A DNA stretch of 64,000 nucleotides from a virus (lineage: Duplodnaviria; Caudoviricetes): positions 6,098-70,097 of the IMG/VR virus record IMGVR_UViG_2855933439_000001. One strand, given 5' to 3'. A program made the position numbers and the translations under genes. Each line of letters starts with the position of its first letter. Positions within the stretch are counted from its first letter, which is position 1. Below are positions 53,346-62,758 of the stretch, one piece after another. The notes below the pieces were generated by a model, which had not been told where the DNA came from, did no database searches, and was given only the letters and a program-made list of their open reading frames with translations.

Positions 53346-54847
53346 AGGCCGGCACGGCGGTGCGGGCGGCAAAGCTCGAGAGGATAAGGAAGGGCGGGGC
53401 GCCCAGGGTACTGGAACTCTGCTCGGGCTGCGGGGGAATGTCTCTAGGGCTGAAGGCTGCCGGCTTCGATCTCGTGGCCCATATCGAAATGGATGTAACA
53501 GCTGCGGCGAGCTACGCGCTCAACTTCGACCCTCCGAGCGCCGAACGTAGAGAGGCCTGGGCTGCCGCAAGGGACATGACCCAGTCTGATCCAGAATCGC
53601 TCTGCCGCGATCTGGGCCTGGATGGACCTGTGGCGGAACAGTTTGATATCCTGGCTGCGGGACTACCGTGTCAGGCTTTTGCGCGCATCGGTCGCTCGAA
53701 GCTGAGGTCGATCGCCGGAGAAGAGGACGCCTTCAAGCACGACCCACGTGCGCGCCTCTACCAACACTTTCTCCAGCATGTCGAAGCGGTTCTTCCGGTC
53801 GCGATCTTGATCGAGAACGTGCCGGACATTCTCAATTTCGGCGGACACAATGTGCCCGAGGAGATTTGCAGCACGCTTGAAGGCCTGGGCTACTTTGCTC
53901 GATACACACTTCTGAACGCAGCCTACTATGGGGTGCCCCAGATGCGCGAGCGCCTATTTCTGGTGGCGATCGACGCATCGCTCGGGCAGATACCACGATT
54001 TCCAACTCCTACACACGCGGCCAAGCTGCCTTCCGGCTATCAGGGTACTCGGACCGTGGCGCTACGGCATGTGCCCGCGGAGGGGGGGCGGTTCACGCAG
54101 GCGCCAGTCGCCAACCCGGGACTTCCCCCCGCCGTGACAGTCCGTGCGGCCTTGTCCGACCTTCCGCGGATCACAGAGCATTTCAGCGATCCTGGAGCTA
54201 TGCGTCGGCGAAGCACATCCGATGTACTCCCCTATGTGACTTACTATGGTCTGACAGACTATGCTGCAAAGATGCGGGCGTGGCCCGGGCTGCCGAAGTG
54301 TCACGCAGGGACTGATGGTCACGTCGTAAGATTGACGCCCCGGGACTTCGAGATATTCCAGCGAATGCGTGTCGGCGGAGATTTCCCCCATGCAAGTGCA
54401 GTAGCCAATCAGATATTTGCGGAACGGCTCAGATTGATCGATCCACAGCCAGCTGAGAGTAGCGAGGCTTGGCAGACAATCCGCAAATCGTGTGTGCCGC
54501 CCTATGACCCTGGAAAGTTTCCAAACAAGTGGTGGAAGATGGATCCTGCCATGCCGTCCCGTACTCTCACGGCCCACATGGGGAAAGATACTTATTCGCA
54601 CATCCACTGGGACAGCCGCCAAAAGCGAACAGTGTCCGTCCGCGAAGCGGCGCGGCTCCAGTCCTTCCCGGATGCATTCCGTTTCGCTGGCGCCATGAAC
54701 GCTGCCTTCCGGCAAATCGGCAATGCGGTTCCTCCGGTTCTCGCGCAGGCCGTCGGTCAGCAGCTGAAGCTCGATCTCTCGCGCGCTCGAGCCCTCAAGC
54801 ACGAGCCGTCCGAAGCCGCAGCCGCCACGAAGGCAATCGCCGCGTAG
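53342..54847 (+). CDS. DNA (cytosine-5) methyltransferase
   Basis: Motif I LCSGCGG, IV PCQ, VI ENV, VIII QMRERLF, IX VREAARLQSFPD, X QIGNAVPP. Confidence 0.95.
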   Translation: MKAGTAVRAAKLERIRKGGAPRVLELCSGCGGMSLGLKAAGFDLVAHIEMDVTAAASYALNFDPPSAERREAWAAARDMTQSDPESLCRDLGLDGPVAEQFDILAAGLPCQAFARIGRSKLRSIAGEEDAFKHDPRARLYQHFLQHVEAVLPVAILIENVPDILNFGGHNVPEEICSTLEGLGYFARYTLLNAAYYGVPQMRERLFLVAIDASLGQIPRFPTPTHAAKLPSGYQGTRTVALRHVPAEGGRFTQAPVANPGLPPAVTVRAALSDLPRITEHFSDPGAMRRRSTSDVLPYVTYYGLTDYAAKMRAWPGLPKCHAGTDGHVVRLTPRDFEIFQRMRVGGDFPHASAVANQIFAERLRLIDPQPAESSEAWQTIRKSCVPPYDPGKFPNKWWKMDPAMPSRTLTAHMGKDTYSHIHWDSRQKRTVSVREAARLQSFPDAFRFAGAMNAAFRQIGNAVPPVLAQAVGQQLKLDLSRARALKHEPSEAAAATKAIAA

Positions 54848-54975
54848 GTTCTCACCACCGTCGAATCACTTTAGGTTGCAGAGGGCAGGAAGAGGCTGTA
54901 GCTGGGCTGGAGGAGGCGTGTGGGCAATAGCGTGAAAATACATGCGTACGGACTTCTCGATGGGAACGTCCGGGG

Positions 54976-56454
54976 ATGAAGTTCGAAGAAAATCCCCCCG
55001 ATGCAGCTTCGCTGATGATGTCGGCGCGGAGTTTCGGAAACTACGATCTTCCGGGCGCGCTCGCCGATCTCATCGACAACAGCATCAAGGGTGGGGCCCG
55101 GGAGATTGCGCTGACTTGCGACTTCGCGGGGGGAGCACCGGAAATTCGAATCCGAGATGACGGCCACGGCATGTCGGGCGATGAGCTGCGGCGCGCCATG
55201 CGCCCGGCCAGCACTGATCCGCTTGTCGAGCGATCGCCCGATGACCTGGGTCGTTTCGGCTGGGGCATGAAGTCGGCATCCTTCTCCCAATGCACACGTC
55301 TCCTCGTGCTCACCTGCCACGCCGGTAAGATGAGTGGCTGTCTCTGGGATTTGGAAGATGTCGACGGCTGGCGCATGGGCGTATTGGAGGCGGCCGACAT
55401 CATGGCAACGGCGTCTCCCGAATTGAGAGCGACCGGCGGCGTTGAAATCATATGGTCGAACTGCGATCGCCTTTCAGAGAACGGGTCCCTGACCGTCGCC
55501 GAGTTCAACACTCTCATCGTGCATGCCCGGAGCCGGCTGGCGCTCATCTTCCATCGATATCTTGCGGGCGAGGTGCGGGGCCGACGGTTGACGATCCGGC
55601 TGAACGGCCACAAGGTCGAAGCCTGGGATCCCTTCTATCGGGACCATGAGGCCACTCAGGTGCTGGAGCCGGAAAATTTAGAGATCGGCGGGCGGGCGAT
55701 AGACATTCAGCCATTCATCCTGCCCCACTATTCGAAGCTCAAGACCGGTCAATATGATAAACTCGGCGGAGAAGAAGGTTTCCTTCGTAACCAAGGCTTC
55801 TACGTTTACCGGAGCCATCGTCTGATCATCAGTGGCACTTGGTTCCGGCTTGTTCGGCATGGCGAGCTGTCTCAACTGGTGCGAATACGCGTCGACATTC
55901 CTAACGCGCTCGATCACATCTGGAAGATCACGATTGACAAGTCGGACGCTCAGCTGCCGGCGGCTCTTCGCACTAGGCTGCGCCAGATCGTCGAAGGCCT
56001 CAGACGGCGTTCCGCCAAGGTGTTCCGGTCCCGCGGCGGCCGCCTGGACCGCACTCATACGACGTCTGTGTGGAGCCGCTACTCCCGCGGCGGCGAGATC
56101 CACTACGCCATCAACCGAGAGCATCCCATTATCGAGGCGTTGCTGGACTCCGGCGACGGCGAACAGCAGCGCGCGGCCTCGGCAGCTATCAGGGTCATCG
56201 AACAGGCTTTCCCGGTGCAGGCCTTCGGGCAGGATGCCGCTGCGAACATCGACGCCATTCACCAGACGCTCGCCGATCCCGAGGCTTTCCGGGCTGACCT
56301 GTTGGCTGCCCTGCCGCTTCTGTTAGCCCAGGTGAACGGCGATCTGACAGCGTTGGAGGCGCTGCTGCGGAGTACCGAGCCTTGGTGCGAGGCGTGGAAT
56401 ACGACAGAAAGCGTCCTTAAGGAAAAAGGGTGGATGCGTGCGAAATCTCAGTAG
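54976..56454 (+). CDS. GHKL/MORC-type ATPase (MzaB-like)
   Basis: DLIDNSI, DDGHGM, DLGRFGWGMKSASFS, NQGFYVYRSHRLI. Confidence 0.9.
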   Translation: MKFEENPPDAASLMMSARSFGNYDLPGALADLIDNSIKGGAREIALTCDFAGGAPEIRIRDDGHGMSGDELRRAMRPASTDPLVERSPDDLGRFGWGMKSASFSQCTRLLVLTCHAGKMSGCLWDLEDVDGWRMGVLEAADIMATASPELRATGGVEIIWSNCDRLSENGSLTVAEFNTLIVHARSRLALIFHRYLAGEVRGRRLTIRLNGHKVEAWDPFYRDHEATQVLEPENLEIGGRAIDIQPFILPHYSKLKTGQYDKLGGEEGFLRNQGFYVYRSHRLIISGTWFRLVRHGELSQLVRIRVDIPNALDHIWKITIDKSDAQLPAALRTRLRQIVEGLRRRSAKVFRSRGGRLDRTHTTSVWSRYSRGGEIHYAINREHPIIEALLDSGDGEQQRAASAAIRVIEQAFPVQAFGQDAAANIDAIHQTLADPEAFRADLLAALPLLLAQVNGDLTALEALLRSTEPWCEAWNTTESVLKEKGWMRAKSQ

Positions 56455-59134
56455 CGAGCTTGCATATTTCACTCTGAAGCTGGGTGAGATGTATGCGGAC
56501 GACGTAATGCGGGGCCAAGCACTGCCGGACGGCGTCATCGCCGCGGTGGTCGCAGGCAGTCCGTTCCAGCTCGATTCGGTGGAGGTCGCTTGGCTTGTCC
56601 GGGAGCTTGAGGGCAGCTTCACGACGACTCAGACGCGCGGCTCGTCCGTGTCCCGCGACCACCGGCCTTGGCTGCGCGATAGGCGCAGCGAGATCGACTT
56701 CTACTACTGGGATCGGCTGCGACGGTACTACCTGGAAGGTGGCGTGATTCCGCCACAGGTCGTTGCTACTCTGGATAACGTCACGGACGAACTTCTCGAC
56801 TTCTCTGGAAATCCGAAGGAATCCGGTGTCGGTTCTCGCCGTGGTATGGTTATCGGCCACGTTCAATCCGGCAAGACGACCAACTATTCCGCTTTAATCT
56901 GCAAGGCGGCGGACGCCGGTTATCGCACCATCCTGCTGCTGGCGGGCATTACCAACACGCTGCGATCGCAAACGCAGGAGCGGCTGGATGAAACCTTTAT
57001 TGGCAAGAAGTCCGTTTTTCACTCGCTCGCCCAAGAGCCGCTGCCCGTCCTGACTTACGCGATCAAGAAACGCTTTCCAGCCTACGGAACTTCCCGCGAC
57101 AGCGACTTCACTCGCAATCCAGGTGGGGGAGTGGTGTTTAGCCTCGCCGCCCACAATGAGCCAATCATCTTCGTCACCAAGAAGAATAAGGCACCGCTTA
57201 CCAAGCTCAAGAACTGGCTGATCGAGCAAGGACATGGCGCAGTCATCACCTCGCCGCTGCTGTTGATCGACGATGAGGCAGATAATGCCTCGATCAACAC
57301 GGCCAAGGACCCAGGAGCTACGACCGCCATTAATTCGGTTATCCGCGAGATCTTGAACCTCTTTGAGCGCAGCACTTACATCGGCTACACTGCAACTCCG
57401 TTCGCCAACATATTTATAGATCCGGACACCAACGATGCGATGCTGAAGGATGACTTGTTCCCGCGGCACTTCATCAAGGCTCTTGATCCACCGTCGAACT
57501 ATGTCGGCGCAGCTCGCGTTTTTGCCACCGACGGCGACCTGCGTCCGACGATGGTCAAGGTCGTCTCGGACTACGCTGCGGTGCTACCGCTGAAGCACAA
57601 GAGCGATGATCCGGTCGCAGCTCTTCCAGAATCGCTGCTGACAGCCATGCGAGTGTTCACGCTGACGCGAGCGATCCGAGTCCTGCGAGGGCAGGGCAAC
57701 AAGCATTGTTCGATGATGATCAATGTCAGCCGCTTCAACGCCGTGCAGGAGAAAGTATACGGCCTCGTCTACACGTATCTCGACACATTAAAGAATTCAG
57801 CTGCGGTGAGCGCCGGCCTTGGTGCCCGCGCACTAGACGATCCGATCATCGCCGCCATCAAAGCCGATTTTGACCGCGAGTTCTCCGGCGCTGGCGTAAC
57901 CTTCGAACAAGCGTTGTCCGTTCTGAGAGAAGCTACCGCCAGCATCGTCCCGATTACCGTCAACATGAAGGGCGGCGTTCTCGACTATCGTGGCAACCGC
58001 GTTCATGGCCTGCACGTGATCGCGATCGGTGGCTTGGCGCTCTCGCGCGGTTTGACGCTGGAAGACCTGACCGTCTCCTACATTCTGCGGAACACCGCAG
58101 CGTCCGATACCCTGATGCAGATGGCGCGCTGGTTCGGCTACCGGCCGGAGTTCGAGGACATCTGCCGGATCTACCTCCCGCAGATCGCGCTAGGGCACTA
58201 CTCGCAGATACATGAGGCCATCGAGGAGCTGCGCGTCGAGGTGCGCCGCATGCAGGATAGCGGAATGACGCCGGAGCACTTCGGATTGAAGGTCAGAGAG
58301 AGTCCTACGGCAATCAAAATCACAGCCGCCAACAAAATGCGCACTGCCACCCAGATGACCGTCGCCCAGGATTATTCAGAACGGCACCTGGAAGGCTACA
58401 TCCTGACGAACGATAGCTGTGTAAACGCACGCAATCTTGAAAAAGTGCAGAGTTTTATTGCTGCCCTCGGCACCCCTTCTGACCAGTCATCGACGACCCA
58501 AGTGGTCGTGTGGCGGCGAGTACCTGGCTTGCGGGTGTTGAGCCTGCTGAAGGAGTTCACCTTCCCGCCGGCGCACGGCGATCTCGGACCGATCATGGGT
58601 GGCACCAGCCTTTTCATGGACTACTTCTCCGACCGAGTGTCTGATGAAATGGCGGAATGGGACGTGGCATTCCCCCACCCTCAAGGCGGTAAGCTCTCAG
58701 AAATCGAGATCGTACCTGGACGACAATACCCGCTACGACAGCGCCTGACGGGCGATGCCGTCGATGGAGGTTGGCGGGTGACGGGGGGCCGCAACCGGGT
58801 CGCCGATCCAAACGATGCGCAGATTGCGCTATCGGCTGACCAACTGGCCGGAGGTCAGGCCGAGAAGGCGCGGGAAAACGGCCTAAGGGGCGACAAGGCA
58901 TTCTGCGCGCAGCGCACCTGTCCTCTATTGCTCATCCACGTCTTCACGACCAAGGCGGACGCAACGGACAAGAAGTTGACCGATCCAGTCGCCTCATTGA
59001 GCTTCTGCCTGCCGTCGACGAGCAAGGCGTCGATCGCGCGCACCTATCAAGTCAACGCTGTCTATCGCAAGCAGCTGGAGGCCGAAGCCGACAGTGAGGC
59101 CGAGGACGACGAAGCTATCTTAGAGGCGGAATAG
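56438..59134 (+). CDS. Z1-domain protein with degenerate SF2 helicase motifs (MzaC-like)
   Basis: GHVQSGKT, IDDEAD, GYTATP, LSRGLTLEDL, DTLMQMARWFGYR. Confidence 0.92.
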   Translation: MRNLSSELAYFTLKLGEMYADDVMRGQALPDGVIAAVVAGSPFQLDSVEVAWLVRELEGSFTTTQTRGSSVSRDHRPWLRDRRSEIDFYYWDRLRRYYLEGGVIPPQVVATLDNVTDELLDFSGNPKESGVGSRRGMVIGHVQSGKTTNYSALICKAADAGYRTILLLAGITNTLRSQTQERLDETFIGKKSVFHSLAQEPLPVLTYAIKKRFPAYGTSRDSDFTRNPGGGVVFSLAAHNEPIIFVTKKNKAPLTKLKNWLIEQGHGAVITSPLLLIDDEADNASINTAKDPGATTAINSVIREILNLFERSTYIGYTATPFANIFIDPDTNDAMLKDDLFPRHFIKALDPPSNYVGAARVFATDGDLRPTMVKVVSDYAAVLPLKHKSDDPVAALPESLLTAMRVFTLTRAIRVLRGQGNKHCSMMINVSRFNAVQEKVYGLVYTYLDTLKNSAAVSAGLGARALDDPIIAAIKADFDREFSGAGVTFEQALSVLREATASIVPITVNMKGGVLDYRGNRVHGLHVIAIGGLALSRGLTLEDLTVSYILRNTAASDTLMQMARWFGYRPEFEDICRIYLPQIALGHYSQIHEAIEELRVEVRRMQDSGMTPEHFGLKVRESPTAIKITAANKMRTATQMTVAQDYSERHLEGYILTNDSCVNARNLEKVQSFIAALGTPSDQSSTTQVVVWRRVPGLRVLSLLKEFTFPPAHGDLGPIMGGTSLFMDYFSDRVSDEMAEWDVAFPHPQGGKLSEIEIVPGRQYPLRQRLTGDAVDGGWRVTGGRNRVADPNDAQIALSADQLAGGQAEKARENGLRGDKAFCAQRTCPLLLIHVFTTKADATDKKLTDPVASLSFCLPSTSKASIARTYQVNAVYRKQLEAEADSEAEDDEAILEAE

Positions 59135-60118
59135 ATGCCCGGCGACGGTTGGATGGATATAGCGCCGGCGCCGGGACCGACGGCGGACAATGTCCGCCGC
59201 GCCGACAGCCGGCACCCCCTCGAATTTTTTCGCGGGCGGGACTTCGGAGGCCGGTACATCTTCTCTCTTGCCGCAGACAGCGGCTGCCGGGACCTGCCCG
59301 AACCGCCGAAGCTCAATGGTATCAAGGTCGGGCTGGAGCGCCGCGGCGCAGACCACGCCCGGCTTGTTCTTACGCTCTTGGACCGCGAGCACTTCGACAT
59401 CTTCCGCGCGCTCTGTGATCACCTTCTTGCAGCAACCTCGGGTCTCCCACATGGGGCCAACGCGGCCGGCCTGCGACAAGTCCTCCGCCGGCTGGGCGAA
59501 TGGCACGATATGCTGCGTCGTAGGCGCGACGGCCTGCTCAGTGTTCCGGAGCGCATCGGTCTGACGGGCGAGCTCCTGTTTCTCCGGGATGTGATCCTGC
59601 CCCGGCTGACGCCCGCTGAGGCTGCTGCGGCTTGGCGGGGCGGCCATAGGGATGAGCAGGACTTCGCGGTCGGACCCTGGCAGTTCGAGGTTAAGACTCA
59701 GCTTTCGACGGCCGACCAACGCCTGATCATCGCATCCGAGGCGCAGCTGGACACTGCTGGAAGCCGCCTTCTACTCTGCCACCAAGGTGTCGCGGCGAGC
59801 CCCCCGGGCTGCCAGGCTTTCACGCTCAATGGGTTAGTGGCAGAGCTGGCCACTATCTTCTTCGCCGCCGGTCCATCGGCGGGCGATCTCTTTGATTTGG
59901 CCCTGGAAGCGTGGGGCTATAGTCGGCAAGATGAATATAATCAGCCGACCTGGGTCTTGACCGACAGGCGGCTGTTCGAGGTCCGAGAGGACTTCCCCCG
60001 CATCGTACCCGCCATGCTTCCGGCAGGTGTGCAGAGGGTCTCCTACGAGGTACTACTGCGGGACTGCCAGCCCTTTGCAGTCGATATTGCGCAGACGCTG
60101 GACAGCGTTTTCGCATGA
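59135..60118 (+). CDS. PD-(D/E)XK motif protein, DUF4420 (MzaD-like)
   Basis: IGLTGELLFL, DEQDFAV..FEVKT, IASEAQLD. Confidence 0.88.
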   Translation: MPGDGWMDIAPAPGPTADNVRRADSRHPLEFFRGRDFGGRYIFSLAADSGCRDLPEPPKLNGIKVGLERRGADHARLVLTLLDREHFDIFRALCDHLLAATSGLPHGANAAGLRQVLRRLGEWHDMLRRRRDGLLSVPERIGLTGELLFLRDVILPRLTPAEAAAAWRGGHRDEQDFAVGPWQFEVKTQLSTADQRLIIASEAQLDTAGSRLLLCHQGVAASPPGCQAFTLNGLVAELATIFFAAGPSAGDLFDLALEAWGYSRQDEYNQPTWVLTDRRLFEVREDFPRIVPAMLPAGVQRVSYEVLLRDCQPFAVDIAQTLDSVFA

Positions 60119-62232
60119 GCAATCTACAGTTAGTCGAGGCCTTCGATCAGTTCTGGGCAGACCTGCTCTTCGAGGCAGAGGCGTCCGGCGAGCCGCAGCC
60201 CGCTGTCTTTTTCAGCCTCTATGCAAAGCTTGCAGCCGAGAATGGGGACACCATCGATCTCATGTACACGCCGGCGCGCCACGAGAGACGCGGTGGCTAT
60301 CAGATCGATGGATGCGCCCTTGACGTCGAGCGAGGCGACCTCTTTCTCGCTGTTTCGGATTTCCGGACAAGCCGTGTGCTCGAGACCCTCAACGCGGCCC
60401 AAACAGACGGCCTGTTCGCACGCGCCCTGCGCTTCTGCGAGCAGGCGGTGCAACCTGCCTTTATCCACGCGATCGAAGAGACTAGCCCGACGTTTGAGGC
60501 CGCTTCGCTGATCTACTCGGGCCGGGCCCAGATCCGCCGCATCCGCATAGTCGCATTCTCGAACGCGCGGCTGTCTACACGCCGCATGCCGGAAACAACC
60601 GGTGAGGTGCTTGGCGTGCCGGTCGTCTGCAGTGTATTGGATTTCGCTAGGTATGCCGACATCTCCGCCGCGCGCGGCGGGCTGGGGTCAATTGAGATCG
60701 ACGTTGCCGCCTTGAACCAGTCACCTCTGCCGTGCCTTCCAGCCCACAGCATAGACGGCGAGCACGCATCATATCTGTTGGCGGTGCCTGGGTCCTTCCT
60801 CGCCGAGATTTACGGCCTCTATGGCGCCCGGCTCTTGGAGCAAAACGTCCGGACATTCCTTCAGGCCAAAACCAAAGTAAACACCGGGATTATTAGAACG
60901 CTGGAAACGCAGCCGGAGATGTTTTTTGCCTACAACAACGGCCTTACTGCTACTGCATCTGGCATTACCATGGTGCGGATGGCGGATGGTAGCCTTGGCA
61001 TCTCAGTTATAAAAAATTTGCAGATCGTTAATGGCGGCCAGACAACCGCTTCGATCCTCTACGCGAGCGACAGCCAGCGGCGGGAACGCCGCGCCGATCT
61101 TCATCGAGTCTTTGTCCAGATGAAACTCTCTGTGGTGAATCCAGACCGCTTGGAAGAAATTGTTCCGAAGATTTCTAGATTTGCAAACACTCAGAACAAG
61201 ATCAGCGAGGCTGACTTTTTCTCCGGCCATCCGGTCCATCTAGTGCTGCAGCGAATCTCGCGTCAGCTTTCTGCACCTGCAAAGCCTGGTTCACTCTCCG
61301 GTTCCAAGTGGTTCTACGAGAGGGCGCGAGGTCAGTATCGTGACAAGCTCGCCTACGGCACTGCTGCTGAAAAGCGACGCTTCGAACTCCAGTTTCCTCG
61401 CGAGCAATTAATAGATAAGACCGATCTTGCCAAATTCGAGGTCACCTTCGATTGCCGACCACACATCGTTAGCCGCGGTGCCCAGAAATGCTTCCTCGAT
61501 TATGCGGAGAAGGTCGGGAAGGCTTGGGCGGCGTCAGAGGCGTCCTTTAACGAATATTGGTTTCGGTGCGTCGTAGCGAAAGCAATCGTCTTTCGGTGCA
61601 TGGATCGAATGATTAGTTCGTCAAGCTGGTACCAAGAGGATCGCGGTTACAAGGCGCAAGTTGTAACTTACACAATATCGTGGCTGGTGAACCATATACA
61701 GAGGGAGGAGCTCGAGCTCGATCTGAATCTCATTTGGCAGCGACAACAAATTCCTGAGGAGGTTGGTGCGGTGCTGCAGCAGCTGGCGCCACAGGTCTCG
61801 GCTACCATCAAGGCTGCGCCCCCGCAGATGAAGAACGTCGGCGAGTATTGCAAGCAGCAGGCTTGCTGGGCTGCTGTTGCCGGCTCCGCTTATCGGTTCC
61901 GAGGTAGTCTCCACGGCTTCACGATTAACCGTGCCGAAGCCAACCGCAGTCGGAATGCAGGTATAGCCGCCAAGAAGTTCGACACAGAAGTCGATTTCGA
62001 TCGGGTCCTTGTCGCCATGCTCTCTGATACGGAGCCGTATGTCAGTTTCGCCCGGGCTCAGCGTCTCATCACTCCTAAATCAGACGCGGCACTGCGCCGG
62101 CTGACCCGCGGCGATGTCTCTCTGCCAGCTTCGGAGCGCAACGCACTCAAATATATGTTGGAGAAGATGCAGGCGGCCGGCTTCGACCTGCCGGCGAGAG
62201 TGAAGGCGGCCTTAGTGGCTGCGGCGCAATAG
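60115..62232 (+). CDS. AIPR family protein (MzaE-like)
   Basis: LLEQNVRTFL, FFAYNNGLT, QIVNGGQTT, ISRFANTQN, WFYERARGQY. Confidence 0.93.
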   Translation: MSNLQLVEAFDQFWADLLFEAEASGEPQPAVFFSLYAKLAAENGDTIDLMYTPARHERRGGYQIDGCALDVERGDLFLAVSDFRTSRVLETLNAAQTDGLFARALRFCEQAVQPAFIHAIEETSPTFEAASLIYSGRAQIRRIRIVAFSNARLSTRRMPETTGEVLGVPVVCSVLDFARYADISAARGGLGSIEIDVAALNQSPLPCLPAHSIDGEHASYLLAVPGSFLAEIYGLYGARLLEQNVRTFLQAKTKVNTGIIRTLETQPEMFFAYNNGLTATASGITMVRMADGSLGISVIKNLQIVNGGQTTASILYASDSQRRERRADLHRVFVQMKLSVVNPDRLEEIVPKISRFANTQNKISEADFFSGHPVHLVLQRISRQLSAPAKPGSLSGSKWFYERARGQYRDKLAYGTAAEKRRFELQFPREQLIDKTDLAKFEVTFDCRPHIVSRGAQKCFLDYAEKVGKAWAASEASFNEYWFRCVVAKAIVFRCMDRMISSSSWYQEDRGYKAQVVTYTISWLVNHIQREELELDLNLIWQRQQIPEEVGAVLQQLAPQVSATIKAAPPQMKNVGEYCKQQACWAAVAGSAYRFRGSLHGFTINRAEANRSRNAGIAAKKFDTEVDFDRVLVAMLSDTEPYVSFARAQRLITPKSDAALRRLTRGDVSLPASERNALKYMLEKMQAAGFDLPARVKAALVAAAQ

Positions 62233-62649
62233 TCTGGCTGTGGCTCAAACATTACTACGACGCGCGCGGCTCCAGCATCTGTTATCCAGCTTGCGCCGTA
62301 CTAAAAGATTTCCTTAGTATGCATTGTCTGTCTGGTCAGCATCGAAGAAGTTCTTAGGGACATGCGGTCGTCCACCTTGATGCGATCCATCCGGAGTTCG
62401 CATGCGCGGTAGTCGCCATAGTCGAGATAGCTGACCTGATCGCGGGTGATGAGGGACTGAAGGAATCGGAGGCGATGCATGCGAGCAACACTCGCGCGGA
62501 GCAGCTCAGGTGGATGCTACGAGACTCGGCCCATTGCGGCGCGACCGCGCCGTCTAGCTGGTGCGGGAGGAGCGCAAGATTACCCTTTTGCCTCAGTGGA
62601 CACCAAAATCCCGCACCTGGGACGCCGCTCCTTGGAAGTGTTGGATAAC

Positions 62650-62671
62650 TCGACTTCTCTCCTGGGCACCA
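62650..62671 (+). other. tRNA-Leu-like 3' fragment, putative att site; not a complete tRNA
   Basis: TCGACTTCTCTCCTGGGCACCA resembles the alphaproteobacterial tRNA-Leu(CAG) end as I recall it (TCGAGTCCTCTCCTGGGCACCA); followed by hairpin AACCACT-N5-AGTGGTT. Confidence 0.6.
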
Positions 62672-62735
62672 ACCACTCGCTAAGTGGTTGAGCCTCCAAA
62701 AGCTTCAAGCAGATCATGTGGTTAGGCGAGCCCGC

Positions 62736-62758
62736 GTGCTACACAGCGGTGCTACACA
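62736..62758 (+). promoter_or_regulatory. Tandem 10-bp direct repeat, candidate integrase arm-type sites
   Basis: GTGCTACACA at 62736-45 and 62749-58, abutting ATG 62758. Confidence 0.55.

Noticed and set aside
52932-62232. Complete canonical mzaABCDE
   Set aside because: No ankyrin/sigma70-like mzaA gene is present; reported as a variant instead.
62301-62480. 59-aa minus-strand ORF (MHRLRFLQSLITRDQVSYLDYGDY...)
   Set aside because: Short, no motif, with an in-frame stop just upstream; may be a gene remnant but cannot be supported.
62598-62622. Reverse-oriented degenerate tRNA-Leu 5' end
   Set aside because: Only partial similarity to a recalled sequence; no cloverleaf can be built.
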